In this document: positions 27,648 through 42,257 of the stretch, piece by piece
How the letters are laid out: each line of letters opens with the position of its first letter
Numbering within the stretch: position 1 is the stretch's first letter
Source: Eledone cirrhosa
Lineage: Eukaryota
Direction of reading: 5' to 3'
Assembly (NCBI GenBank): GCA_964016885.1
Contig: OZ024740.1
Location: 226,548,001-226,612,000 of the forward strand
Length of the DNA: 64,000 bases
Translations under genes and position numbers: made by a program
The notes under the pieces: model-generated
What the model saw: the letters and a program-made list of their open reading frames with translations, nothing else
What the model was told of the DNA's origin: nothing
Databases searched by the model: none

Positions 27648-27837
27648 ATTGTTTCTACTTCTGGCACAAGGCCAGCAATTATCCCAGTGTATTACTGGTA
27701 CTTTATTTTATCGACCCCGTAAGTATGAAAGGCAAAGTTAACCTCGGTGGCATTTGAACTCAGACCATAAAGGGCTGTAACTCTTTGCTGCAAAGCATGG
27801 CATCCGACCCTCTACCGATACTGCCAATCTACCGCCC
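27648..27837 (-). mobile_element. SINE family B copy
   Basis: Reverse complement of the family B consensus. Confidence 0.85.
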
Positions 27838-27997
27838 TCTATAATGACAGATTGTTGTTGTTGTTGTTATTGACAAAGCAATACAATATGAGAGAGAGAG
27901 AAGAATGAGAGAGTGTGTGAGTGTGAAAGATAGGTAGAATTAAAATTTATTTCAAGAAAAAATATGTTATTGAGAGAGAAATGTAGAGAGAGAGAGT

Positions 27998-28046
<49 letters not shown>

Positions 28047-28529
28047 TGTGTGTGTGTGTGTGTGATAGATAGATAGAGTTGTCACCACAATAAGAGTTTT
28101 GATTGAAAACATGGGAATTTTAAGAGCCCGTTTGTCAATAATTATGGAAAAGATATGTTTGTGTTTCTGTATGTTCTAAGGAAAACCTGGCTACAACTAA
28201 TTTTTTGTTTTAAATTCAAAATAATATCTGTCAAGCATTAATAACAGTCAATACATAAAAGAAATATAATAGATTAAACACATATTAACCACATCTATTC
28301 AATTAAAATTGCAATCTTATTCCCCTAATTAATCCGTTAATTAAGTAATTAATATCGTTAACACACAAGATATAGAATTACCCACTTTTCTGTTATATAA
28401 TGAAATGTTTTACTGGATATTTACTAAAATGATGTGCACCCTGAGAAAAACAATATACAACTTATTATAAACCATCACCATCATTACCATCATCAACATC
28501 ATTACCTCCATCACCATCACCATTATCAC

Positions 28530-28560
<31 letters not shown>

Positions 28561-29074
28561 GTTTAACGCATATTGTTCCCCGCTTGCATAGGTTAGATGG
28601 GTTGTCACATTATAAGACAAGTCGGATCGGGTGTCCATGTTTTGCTCATGTGGATCTATATTTTTACTCCCTAATGCCAACTAGATTACTTTATGGAGTG
28701 GGTGCTTTTTATCATGGCACTAAAACGACCACATCTATCTGGGTGGGCTGGTTCATTTTTTTCATTGTGTCACCAGCCTGACCACCTTACAGAGAGTGGC
28801 TGGGGCACCTTTTCATGTTACCAGCAAAGCCACCTTACAGGGCAGACTTAGTGATTTTTTTTTCTTGTGTCACCAACACCAACACCTTACAAGTTGGATT
28901 GGGTGTTGTTTTCTCGTGTCACCAATACCACCACCTTACAAGGTTGACTGGGTCTTTTTTTTTCTCATGTCACCAGCATGATCACCTTACAGAGTGGAAT
29001 AGGTGCTTTAACTATATAAAAACAATGTAAAATTGAACTGGAAATGAACTAAACTAATAGATAATATTAATATT

Positions 29075-29255
29075 GGGTTGGCAGTATCGGTAGAGGGTCG
29101 GACGCCATGCTTTCCAGCATAGTTACGTCCCTTTACGGTCTGAGTTCAAATCCCGCCGAGTTGACTTTGCCTTTCATCCTTACGGGGTCAATACAATAAA
29201 GTACCAGTAATGCACTGGGTAATTGCTGGCCTTGTGCCTAAAGTAGAAACTATTA
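29075..29255 (+). mobile_element. SINE family B copy
   Basis: Family B head, body and tail, with the flanking TATTAATATT duplicated. Confidence 0.85.
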
Positions 29256-29828
29256 ATATTAGGTGATATTATATCTTACTATATTGTAAGCTGATAATAA
29301 TAATAAAAATAGCACAAATTAACAATTACCAATATATGTGTAATCAAGGATACGTTACAATTTTTCCTATGAAAATATGACATAAAAACCAGTAGGAAAC
29401 TCAACTTCTCAACCAATAAGACTTCAATATAGAATATGTGATAGAAGTGTATATAAAGACATATTTAAACATATATAATATGTTTATATAAAACTTCAAT
29501 ATAAAATATATGAAAAGGATTAATATGAGACATATATAAACTTATATGATACGTTTATATACAATAAAACCTTAATACAAAATATGATATATTGTGGGAT
29601 CATCATCATCATCATCATCATCATTTAACGTCCATCTTCCACGCTTGCATGGGTTTGGACGGGAATTTTCCCACTTGAGGCAAGATTGGTTGTCCTGCTC
29701 GTATAGGACTGTCTGACAGGTTTTTTACGGCTGGATGCCCTTCCTAACACCAACCACGTTTACAGTATGTAAAACATTTCTATCAGAGCAACTTATATAT
29801 GCTTATTTATAGTAATAATTAACAATTA

Positions 29829-30035
29829 CCGTATATACTCAAATATAAGCTGAGGAATATGGATCCAAAGAATAAATGGTAAAATAGAGAGGGTCAGCTT
29901 ATATATGCCACCTAAATAATGTGCTGATTAGCTGCCTTGGCTTATAAATGGGGCTTGGATTTTTGGCCCATTTCTCAGACATAAAATAGTGGGGTCAGCT
30001 TCTATTCAGATCAGCTTATTTTCAGGTATATACAG
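29829..30035. mobile_element. pogo/Tigger-type MITE
   Basis: TA|CCGTATATACTCAAATATAAGC at the left end and GCTTATTTTCAGGTATATACAG at the right end form an imperfect TIR pair. Confidence 0.6.
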
Positions 30036-32316
30036 TGAGTTTTAAAATGCCCAATTATACGAACCCCACCACTTTTATCAAACACTTGTGTTTCAGATAA
30101 TTTACAATTTATACATATTTACTATAAATGATCATAAAAGGATTTATTTTTAAACTTCAAAAAAGTATTGTTATATTTTCATAAATTTTATAAATCTAAA
30201 TTTGGCACTCTTTAAAATAATTGTTTCTACTTTTGGCACAAGGCCAGCAATTATCCCAGTGTATTATTGGTGCTTTATTTTATCGACCCTGTAAGGATGA
30301 AAAGCAAAGTTAACCACGGCAGGATTTGAACTCAATGATTTCTAATTTAGGTACAAGGCCAGTAATTTAGGAGTAGGGAACGCCTATTATATTGACTCCA
30401 GTACTTGACTGGTACTTTATTCAATCTGTCTTGGAAGGATGAAAGGCAAAGTCGACCTCAGTAGGATTTGAACTCAGAATATATATACCCAGAACAAATG
30501 CTGCAAAGCATTTGTCTGAGGCTTTTCCCTAATGACTCTGCCAATCCATTACCCTTTGCCTTTTGTAATATAGAAATCTTATGCGTTGCTATAACATCGT
30601 TTCTCCAACATCAATAGGCAGTAAATTGGCAGAGGCATTAGACTGTAGGAGAAAATGGCTTGTAGTATTTGTTCTGGCACATTGTGCTCTAAGTTCAAAT
30701 CCTGCTAAGGTCAACTTTGTCTTTCATCCTATGTGCAACAGCAAAATGGCAAAGTCATAAAAACAGAAGACAAAAAGCCTTGTGGTGTTTGTGCTGGTTC
30801 TTTGTGTTTTGAGTTCAAATCTTGCTGTAACTTACTTATACAGAAGACCTAATTCATCACCTGATTGATCACCACCACCGTGGTCTTGGATACCTTTAGC
30901 AGAGTTGATCTTATTGCAAGGACTCTAGCTTTAGGATACCTTCCACCCATTTTCCTTCTAGTCTCAAATGCTCTCAAAACTAAAAATAAAATGCCTCCCT
31001 TCAAATGATAATCATGCATAATATCCTCTGTTCTTATTTAACTTTTGGAAATGTGTATATGTAATGGTTTCTGATTTAAGCCCCAAACCAACAATTATGG
31101 GGAGGGGAAAGTCAATTGAATCAAGCTCATTGCATAGCTGGTACTTTATTTTATTGGCTCCATAAAGATTAAGGAAAATGTGTCTATATGAGAAAATGTT
31201 TTTGATTCTCCACTGTTGCTATGAAGAAGTAAAAAAAAAAGTGGAACTGATTGTACATTTGTAACACCCCAATTTTTCTTATGACCTGTTATTAATGGCA
31301 TTGAATTCCAGAATTTGTTGTAATGTAATATTTGTTTTAAAGAATTAGCTAACACATTTAACTTTGGTATGTCTGGATAATCCAAAGTTGTGGGTGTGCA
31401 GGGTGCCCTGAATCACCATGTGATGCTACACAAACCCCACCTACCTACATATCCTAATTTGGGGAACTGATTCCTTTTCTTATTTTCTGATGATATAGAG
31501 TTATTGCTATTTATTTGCCTTTGTATCTAATATTCAGGCCCTTTTCACCAATAAAAATCATCATCATCATCATTATTATTATTAGTGCTGTGGTTATTAT
31601 TATCAAGGGAGAAAATATATTTCTTAATATATACACATATACATAGACATTTATATATATTTACAGCTAAAATGAATGAATATCTACCTACACACACACA
31701 CAAATGCAGGTGCTGAACACACAAAACTCTCTCTCTGTATGTATGTTTAAATATATATATATATTTATATATTACATCCTTATATATCATCATCTGATGA
31801 TGATATATATATATGCCCACACATACACAGACGCCCACACAACATACATATGTTCTTCCGGCTAAACTCTGCTATGAAATTACATTTTTACATTAAAGAC
31901 AATTTTTCAGTGAAACTCTGAACAAAATAATAAAAACATTTTTAACAATATATACATACATAGTTATGTCGACATTTAAAATTGATGGGTGTATTAGAAA
32001 TTACTTGACATGCGATTTTGATACATATATATATATGTATCATCATTATCAACATTTTGTATCCGTTTTCCATGGTAGCATGGGTTGAGCACGTCATCAC
32101 AATCTGAGTAAAGGTGAGTTGGGAAAACAGGTTTTGTTTATGTTTCATATAAACATGCTTTCTATGCTTTGACATGCTTTCTATGACAGGATGCCCTTCC
32201 TAATACCAATCACTTTGCAGAAATATATTTTATCTCCTCACCAACAGTCAAGAGATTATTTAGTCTAGTGCAAGACTAAGGAAGACCTCATGTATGTGTG
32301 TATATGTTTATATATA

Positions 32317-32500
32317 TATATTAGAAAGATCTGGGTCCCATTGGCTGAACTCTTGTCATTTCAACAGCAATTCCCAGACTCTGGAACTAGCTGTCGAAAC
32401 AGCAAGAGCTCAGCTGTTGGGCCCCAACTCTTTCTAATATAGTCACACTCTACTATCCCAAGTATCGAGTACTCTGCTAAATAATGATCTAACACTAGGC
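32317..32500 (+). mobile_element. Palindromic hammerhead-like element, family 2 (diverged copy)
   Basis: Imperfect palindrome 32317-32441. Its tail CACTCTACTATCCCAAGTATCGAGTACTCTG is shared with 48621-48822 and 57653-57851. Confidence 0.75.
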
Positions 32501-33695
32501 AAGTTGCCATGTCTTAGACTCAACTAAAAAGTCCTCTTGGCCCTGTTTTTGGTATAGTTTCTACAGCCGAATGCCCTTCGTTTTACCTATCATTGGGTGA
32601 ATCTTATCATGACATCAGCACTATGAAGGTTGTCAGTCATAGACACTACTGAAGAGCCTTCTTTACTCTAGTGGGGGATATGGCATTGATGGGGTATAGA
32701 CAAACTAGGCAGCTGCCTAGGGTACTGATTTCAGGGGCACATTTCTCCAAATAAACAACAATTTTGAAAAATAAAAAAATAAATAAATTTCAGTTTTACT
32801 GAGGGTCGTTTTTTATCCTGGTTTATTTCATACAGGGACAACTAGATGTTGAAAAAATTTCATTTTTAAATTTATTGTTTATAAATTTAGAAATTGATAT
32901 TTTCTTTAGGGACGCCAGAATCTAACCTTGCCAGGGGTGCCAGATAGTCAGGCACAAGCCCTGGGTTAGAGAGGGATAGAAATGTAAAGTAGATGTACAT
33001 ACAGGTGTGTGTGTGTTTTGTAAATGTTTAATTTTAGCCATGCTGTCTCCATCCCTTCAGCCCTCTCCATTCCACTGATATATGAACAAATTACATTTCA
33101 ATATATATAAAACTTGTCAGCTTTTGCAAGCCTACTGTCAACAATTTACCACATTGCACTTTGCTTTCACAGCTATTTCCATCTAAATAACATAAATTGA
33201 ATAAGATATAGACATAGATATATAGATACAGCAACAGTGATGACACAAATTGTTGACACTTTAGTCAATGGCTTGGAACACTATTGACTCAACCACCTCT
33301 GAATCTCACTCAGTCATTACAACTCTGCAAATTATATGAAGTTGTTGGCAAATACTCAAACAAGATATCAGAAGGCTACTGGACCATGATAAAAAAGATT
33401 TCATATTGATATGAAAATTATGTATGTTGATGAAGATATAAAAAAAAAACTATTTGCCTTTATGTTTGTTTGTATAATATATATATGTGTGTGTGTATAT
33501 ATATATATATATGTATTGTTACACTTTGGGAGAGTCATGCTGCTAATAACATACATCTGTTGCTTTTCACGCATCTGTGCGTGCACGTTTACCTACCAGT
33601 TTGACAAAAGAAAATTGATAAAATGACTACCATGACACTCAAATTTAACTACTTTGTGAAGAATTTTGAGTAATTTACTAACATTATTATTCAAA

Positions 33696-34190
33696 GGGCG
33701 GTAGATTGGCAGTATCGGTAGAGGGTCGGACGCCATGCTTTCCAGCATAGTTACGTCCATTTCTGAGTTCAAATCCCGCCGAGGTTGACTTTGCCTTTCA
33801 TCCTTACGGGGTCGATAAAATAAAGTACCAGTAATGCACTGGGTAATTGCTGGCCTTGTGCCTAAAGTAGAAACAATTATTATTTATTTCAAACTTTGCC
33901 TTTCATCCTTACGGGGTCGATAAAATGAAGTACCAGTAATGTACTGGGTAATTGCTGGCCATGAGCCAAAAGTAGAAACAATTATTATTTATTTCAAGGG
34001 CGGTGAATTGGCAGTATTGTTAGAGGGTCGGATGCCGTGCTTTGACGTATAGAGTTACGGCCCTTGCCATTCTGATTTCAAATCCCACCGAGGTTAACTT
34101 TGCCTTTCATGCTTATGGGGTCGATAAAATAAAATACCAGTAATGCACTGGGTAATTGCTGGCCTTGTGCCAAACGTAGAAAGAATTATT
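33696..34190 (+). mobile_element. Tandem SINE B cluster (two full copies and one partial)
   Basis: Heads at ~33696 and ~33998, tail-only copy at ~33891, and repeated ATTATTATTCAA/ATTATTATTTATTTCAA junctions. Confidence 0.85.
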
Positions 34191-34663
34191 ATTTATTGCA
34201 TTACTATGATAGTCACTTAACATATATGCTGGAGGATTTTAATTTAGAGAGGAATCCTTTAAAATGGTCAGTCCTGTGTAATAAAACCAGGGCTGGTTTT
34301 AGCCCTGTTGGCCCCTTTTACATACTATTTTTGCTGAATTGACATGACATTGCAACAACCATACATGCAACTATCAATGAATAAAACCTCAAGCTTAGAT
34401 ACTCTCTTTGAAACCCACTCTATATCTGGCCAATCTGGCCATTTTTCTTTTATCCCACTTTAACCTTTCCATTGTTTTCTTTCCTAACCCAGATTCTTCG
34501 CATTTTTTGTTTGTTACTTTTAGTAGTTATCTGAAATTTCTCTTTTATTACAGATATAAGTTCTACTAATGAAATGTTGATACAAATATGCCATATCTAT
34601 TTTGTGCAGCACTGAAATGATTGTATCACATTGCAATTATAAAGACAAAACAGTATCTATCTA

Positions 34664-34732
<69 letters not shown>

Positions 34733-35406
34733 TTCTCTCCCTCTCTCTCATCATCATTGTTTAATGTCCATCTTCCTCGCTAGCATGGGTTAGACGGTTT
34801 TGTTCCACTTGATGTGGGGTTGGTTGGGAGACCATGTCTCGCTCGTACAGAACTGTCCCTGTCAGGATTTCTACAACTGGATGCCCTTCCTAACAGCAAC
34901 CACATTTACAGTGTGGACTGGGACCCTTTTTATCGTGTCTCCTACACGAACATTTTACAGTGTAGACTGGGTGTTTTTTGTTGTGTCACCGGCACGACCA
35001 CTTTACAATGGACAGAAATGGGAGGATGGAGTAGTATATGTACTATTTATAAAAAACACCAAAGAAACAATGTTTTATCAAAATTTGAAACTGCATTGAT
35101 TATTTGGTGTTTTCTTATAAATAGTATATAACAGCTCTGAGTGAACCCCATTGCATTGAGCTTACAAACTTCTAGTAAAGTTTCAATACTCAACTTAATA
35201 ATAATATCATTATTATCATGCTAGCATGGAAGATGGACATTAAACAATGTTGATGATGATGATGAACTTTTATTGACTCTGTGATCAGGAAGTTTGCATG
35301 TGAATTGTGGTTAAGTTCCATTGTGCGGCATCTTGGGCAAATGTTTTCAACTATAACCTCGGGTTATTAACCAATACATTATTATGGAAACTCTGTGTGC
35401 ATGCAA

Positions 35407-35521
<115 letters not shown>

Positions 35522-36896
35522 TAGGTTTACCTACCAGTTTGAAAAAAAAGATTGCTAAAATGAGTACCAAAATTGAAAAAAAAAATGTATTGCGGCTGCT
35601 ATGATTGACTAAATATCTTCAAACTGGTGCACCAGCATGAGTGCAGTCTAATGACTGAAACCATTAAAAGAATAAAAGAATACATTTGTCTGTTTAAGAA
35701 TGATGTTTCTGAGCCAAACCGGAATTCAGAATTCTTTACTGAACTTCTCTATTGGGATTCAGCAATAAATTTATTAAGCTGAATGAAAGTAGTTAAAGAC
35801 TGTTTTTTAAATATTGATTTCTTTGTTAAATCACAAGACCAGTTTTTCTAGAACTAGGTTATTGTGTATTGGACATACTTATTTCATCAACAGTGATGTG
35901 CTAAGTCAATGATATTTTATGGTCTGGTGAGGCAGTTAAGTAGAACCCCAGCAGCACAAAAACCAAGAGCTGCTAAATGATGGATGCACTGTTCAGACTC
36001 AATGGCCAGCCACTCTGGATTAAATAGCCTCACCAACCCACAATTGGTCAAGAGTGGTGAGTACGGCTACAGCCCAGAAGAAATTACCAAAACCAAAAGA
36101 TATACACATATGATAGGACGCTGCAGCTGAGGTTAAGTAAAGAACACCTAGGAGGGTGTAGTAAGAGCTTATGCCAAATCAGTGAGACTCACTGAGGAGA
36201 TGACAAAGGTATGAAATGAGTAGAAAGATGTGCTGAAAAGGACCCATCCAACCCATGCTAGCATAAAAAAGCAGACATTTAAGCAATGATCATCATAATG
36301 ATGATGATGATGTGTCTAGTTTAAAGTTGCAACCTTGTCACATTATCTCATGATGATTCTACTTAAGGATTATGTTAAATCTATAATTACAAGCAGTGGT
36401 ATATAAAATTCCTGGGCTTATTACTTTTTAGGATTCCAATATAATTAATTAATATATTATTACTTGCCTTAAGAACATTTTTTTTTAATTAAGAAAATTT
36501 CGTCAAATATGCAAAATGAATTTCAGTTCTGCTACCTGACTTTAAATGTTAAATATGATAGATATCCCTGTTTCATTGCTAAAAAATTAAATTACACATT
36601 AGTGGAAGACACCACCCATTTAAAGGGTGCAATTACATCCTTGAGCATGTTACCACTTACCTAAAATGTCAACTACACAACTAATGTTATCTCGGAAAAT
36701 CTGAAGATCACTGAAATCTGAAGATGCACAAAAACTATTGGCATTTAAACATAGATGTGCATACATAAAAAAATCTTAGTCAGGAAACATACATGTATAT
36801 TGACATAGAATAAATAGGATAAAGACATAACAGTAAAACTTGTTATATAGTTATATATATATAGATGTGTGTATGTGTATAAATGTGTATGTATAT

Positions 36897-37190
36897 CATC
36901 ATCATCATTTTTACGTCCGCTTTTCCCTGCTTGCAAGGGTGGGACGGCAACTGATTCTGGCTTGATTTCTACAGCTGGATGCCCTTCCTAACACCAACCT
37001 CATTTATAGTGAGTGCTGGGTGCTTTTTTGCTGTGGCACCTCCTCGATCACTTTGCAGTGGAATGATAGGGACCCCAGTCCCTATCATCTCATTTCTACA
37101 GCTGAGTAAACTGGAGCAATGTGAAATAAAGTCTCTTGCTCAAGGAAACAGAGCACATCACCCGGTCTGAGAATTGAACTCACAACCTTT
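36897..37190 (-). mobile_element. SINE family A copy (head truncated)
   Basis: Matches the family A body and tail. Confidence 0.8.
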
Positions 37191-37195
37191 TAAAC

Positions 37196-37688
37196 CCCTT
37201 GATAATGTGTGTGTGAGACACGTTGGCTGAGAGCTTCTGACAGGAACTAAAAGATTGATTCTTTTTAGCTTCCCGTCCCCACGTAAAATTTGTAAATCAG
37301 TGGCTAGTTGAGAGATAGAGTCCTATCGGTTGCCAGTTAATCGCTTTACCGTGTCGGTTGCCTCAAACAGTCATGACCGGCATGGACCGGTGTTTGGATT
37401 CTGTCAATCGATTCGTTATTGGTGGCTGATGAAGTCGCATAAGCCAATTGTGCATTGTTGCATAATATATGCAGACAGATGGTGCATGCACCTTACTGCT
37501 GCATTAGTGCAGCAGAAACTCGAGTCCGGGAACCTTATAGGCACCCGTTTTACGTGTGTTGTATTGAGGCAAATAACTATGTGTATACTCTGGTAATGTA
37601 TCTTACATTGCCCATTGAGTGCGCTGAGATACAACCAGTACTGGCATTGATAAATATGCTGGCTCTGTCAACCCTTATTATTATTATA

Positions 37689-37690
<2 letters not shown>
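37196..37690 (+). mobile_element. PLE-terminus-like element containing a hammerhead core with a long structured stem II
   Basis: CTGATGA at 37426-37432, GAAAC-TCGA-GTC at 37515-37526 (palindromic stem III), and an (TTA)n tail. Confidence 0.55.
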
Positions 37691-37725
<35 letters not shown>

Positions 37726-37789
37726 CATATGGCTTCTCTCTCTTGCAGTGAAGAACAGATTATATTATGTCTCTTTTAAATCTGTAAAA

Positions 37790-38130
37790 TGCTGCATGGC
37801 AGCAAGATATGAGCCTTGAATTCTGAAGTTTTACAGTGGCTAAAAATAAATGAGGCATGAATGTTCTACTGGATGTGTCATGTACAAGAATGTTAGAGTG
37901 CAAATGAGAGAAAAGCTAAGTATAAGAAAATTAAATGAGGTGTACAAGAGAAATGATGATACTGGTGTGGGCATATGATACATAAGGAGGGCAAGATTGT
38001 ATAAAAAGGTGCTGAAAACTTGAAAAAGACAGAGCCTGTGGAAGAAGGAAACTAAGGAAGATATGTGACAATGTTGTGAAGATAGACTTCAAGAAACTGC
38101 ACCCCAAGTGGGAGATGACACAGAATTACA
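37790..38130 (+). mobile_element. Highly degenerate RTE-type LINE 3' fragment
   Basis: Remnants resembling LHGS..W..MREKL.IR..W.GH..GR..K..C..V..D across frames. Confidence 0.45.
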
Positions 38131-38296
38131 GTAAATACTCAAATATAAGCCAAGGAATATGTGATAAAAAAAATTGATGGTAGAAAGTGGGTACGTTATA
38201 TTCAGGGTCAATATTTTGACAATTTTCACCAACTTTAAATTCTATGTAAATAAAGTTTGGATTTTTCCGCTCTCTCTCTCTCTCTCTCTCGCTCTT

Positions 38297-38361
<65 letters not shown>

Positions 38362-39129
38362 GTGGAAAGAGATGAGCTCTATCAGGTTTTGGATGTCCAA
38401 GATACACCATCCATCACGATGACATTCTTATGACATCATCAGAAGTTAAGAGACCTTTATATCTTTTTACAAAAGACAATGTTTTATGAGACATTGGTCA
38501 TATAATTTCTGTAATCCTTGTATTGTTGGGAACCCATTTAAGTTATAATCATCATGTCATGTACTTTTGGATCCCAAATAATTGATAGGGGGTTGTAATA
38601 AGTGTGTGGGGAGGGGATTGGTAATTTTTCTATGTTGTCTCCATTGATTTTTTAAAAAACCAGAATTAGTCGTTTAGTTTACATATTGAGACTCCACCAA
38701 TCCAATTTATTTTATAATGAACAGGATTTCTAGTAATGTACTTTTTTTGTCATGTATATATTTTTTTATGTATAAAAAAAATTAATTGTCACAGGAATGC
38801 TACCACTTAAAATAAAATTTTGCCACAGATAGATTAACAAAATTTAATAAGCGGGGAGGGGATAAGAACAAGGGTGTAAGTGGAAAAATCTGTTAAAATC
38901 TGTAAGCTAGGGGAAGATTATTCAAAACCCATTATTCTTTTATTTGTTGCTATTATACTGCAGCCCTACTAAAGCACTACCTTTAAAGGTTTTAGTTGAT
39001 CATATCAATCCCAATACTTATTTCAGTTCAGTATTTATTTCATCAATCAATATTTATATTGAATTACTAAGTTATGCTTTTTGAGACACAACATTTTACA
39101 GTGATAAACATAAACACAAACATAAACCT

Positions 39130-39163
<34 letters not shown>

Positions 39164-39684
39164 GTAAGGATGCACGCACACATATAGATATATAAGCATG
39201 CACAGAAGCACACACACACAAACACAGACACATAAGCACAAGGATACACATGCACTCATATATACTCAAGTATGCATGCACAAATGCATGCACACTTACA
39301 CATACACAAAAGCACACACATACACACAAGCATGGACACATACACACATACATATCATCATAATTCTGCGTAAGATTTCCATGTTGGCATGGTTTGGACA
39401 CAGTGTCAATCCAAATCAGTAGTTATTTGGAGTTACTACCCACATCCCAACGGGTTAGAGAGCTCTATCTCATCCATGTGTTCCATTTCAGACATTATTT
39501 TTACAGATGGATCATCTTCCTATCATCAACCACTTTCATCATTATCACCATTTTTGCATCTGCTTTTCTACATTGGAATGGATTGCATAAAACATATTTG
39601 AGGCAATATTTTATGGCTGCCAATGAAAATATGTGATATTTGCAGTATATATAGTTGTGTGTCAGCATTATTGACTCTTTCAAT

Positions 39685-39876
39685 GGGCGGTGGATTGGCA
39701 GTATTGGTAGAAGATCAGATGCCATTCTTTGACGCATAGAGTTATGGCCCTTGCCATTCTGAGTTCAAATCTCACTGAGGTTAACTTTGCCTTTCATCCT
39801 AACGGGATCGATAAAATAAAGTAGCAGTAATGCACTGGCTAATTGCTGGCTTTGTGCCAAAAGTAGAAACAATTAT
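39685..39876 (+). mobile_element. SINE family B copy
   Basis: Family B head, body and tail. Confidence 0.85.
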
Positions 39877-40559
39877 TAACCCTTTCATCTGAAGATGACC
39901 ACCCTACACCTGTCCTAATATGTCATCTGCCTCATTATCCCAGCCAACAGTTTTGGTGTTGAATCTTATCTTTTAAGGAATGTACTGTATTCCATCAATG
40001 TTTATGTGTTGAATGTTGAATCATGCACTGAGAGCAGAAGCATAACTAGGGAAAATAGCACCTATAGCAAGCAGTGAAAATTGATGGCAATGGCCTGACT
40101 TGACAGTAACATTCTGCAATCCAAAATTTCTTTGTATAACTGTTGCTCATCAGAGCTGTGAAATTCAGCCAAATTGTTGTTTCTAGTCCAAATGGTGCCC
40201 CCTTCAAGTGGTACCCATAGCACATGCCATGCTTCCATACCCCAATTATGCCTCTGACTGTGGGACATATTCTGGTTACTAGGTATATCATTGTATATGC
40301 ATACACACATACATATGCACATACACACACACACAAACACACCCATATGCACACATACAACAGTAATCCATACACCTTCCATTCATGATACTTTGATGAC
40401 GAGACATTGTCAGTCTATGTCTATGTTATAGTAAAATATATTTATTTGCTCAAGGTACCACACATTGGGATAAAACCTAAAACCTGGTTATTGCACAGCA
40501 AACTTCTTTATCACACAGCCATGCCTATGGAAAATGGATGTTAAATAATGATTATGATG

Positions 40560-40612
<53 letters not shown>

Positions 40613-41060
40613 CATTATGAAGAGAGAAGAAACATTTAGATATAATTAGTAATAAAATGTATCATACCTAAACTGCTCCTAAATTCCTCGACTACGTAGT
40701 TTCGTGGCATAAACAAAAACAATATATCATAAAGATATAGAGTCCTTGCGAGGTCTGCCGACTTATCAAGAGGATACCTCATTTTACTAGTCTCAAGAAC
40801 GCGTCTACACGACGTGAGAAAGAATCCCAAAAGGCGGAGGGGGAGATAGTCACGCGATATAACGGTCGAGAAACAGAGCTAAGCCTCTTATAACCCCGAA
40901 GAAAATACCACGGAGGCGGAGGGGGTATTCATATCAAGGCCGTAGAAGAGGTGGTGAAGAAGGCGAGAAGTATGAGTAATGGAAGCTTTCCAGCTGTCCC
41001 CACACTTCAAAGATTGCTCGACCAGAGGGAGTTATTAACAATATATTTAGAAACACACAG

Positions 41061-41093
<33 letters not shown>

Positions 41094-41346
41094 CATCATC
41101 ATCGTTTAACATCCATCTTCCACGCTAGCAAGGGCTGGACGGGTTTATCCCACTTGAAACAAGATTGGTCAGGTGACCGTGTCTTGCTCGTACAGAACTG
41201 TTTCTCTATGATTTCTACAGCTGGATGCCCTTCCTAACACCAACCTCATTTACAGTGTGGACTGGGAGCCTTTTTACTGTGTCTTCTACACGACCACTAT
41301 ACAGCATGGACTGGGTGCTAACCCTCATATATATATATATATATAT

Positions 41347-41697
41347 GGAGGCCATGGCTTAGTGGTTAGAGCATTGGCCTTGCAATCGAAAGGTTGTGAG
41401 TTCAATTCTCAGACTGGGTGATGTGTTGTTTCCTTGAGCAAGGCACTTTATTTCACATTGCTCCAGTTTACTCAACTGTAGAAATGAGATGATAGGGACT
41501 GGGGTCTCTATCATTCCACTGCAAAGTGGTCGTGGAGGTGCCACGGCAAAAAAAGCAACCACCACTCACTGTAAATGAGGTTGGTGTTAGGAAGGGCATC
41601 CAGCTGTAGAAATCAAGCCAGAATCAGTTCCCGTCCCACCCTTGCAAGCAGGGAAAAAGCGGACGTAAAATGAAATGATGATGATGATGATGATGAT
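41347..41697 (+). mobile_element. SINE family A, full copy on the plus strand
   Basis: GGAGGCCATGGCTTAGTGGTTAG..GAGTTCAATTC..AAAGCGGACGTAAAATGAAATGATGATG. Confidence 0.9.
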
Positions 41698-41827
41698 ATA
41701 TATATATATATTATATATATAGTTATAAACTCAAATAGTCTTTTACAATTAAATAGCTCAAAGAAAGGGATATTTCTTAGCCGTGTAATACAAATGAATA
41801 TATTCATTTGTATATATATATATATAT

Positions 41828-41975
41828 AAGACGGCTAGCTGAAAAAGTTCATACACTGACCAAAATACTCTTATGGAATGACCAAATGAAATTTATTTTT
41901 CAACATAATCTCTGGAAAGAAACAATGCAATTATTAATTAATGCATGCAAGATTTCGCAGCTCTAACGTTATACC
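41828..41975. mobile_element. Mariner-type MITE fragment
   Basis: Homologous to 1505-1706. Confidence 0.45.
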
Positions 41976-42056
41976 TACACACACACATATATATTTGCAT
42001 ATATATACACACACACACACATATATATATTTAAATATATATATGTATATACATAC

Positions 42057-42137
<81 letters not shown>

Positions 42138-42192
42138 TATTTATATATATACACACATATATATTTATATATATATATATTACACACATATA

Positions 42193-42257
<65 letters not shown>

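Noticed and set aside
32660-32965. hAT-like relic (similarly 46313-46445)
   Set aside because: Terminal CAGGG/CCCTG-like motifs are present, but TIR pairing and the 8-bp TSD could not be confirmed.
41347-41425. tRNA genes
   Set aside because: The A/B-box heads continue into SINE bodies in many dispersed copies and do not form complete cloverleaves.
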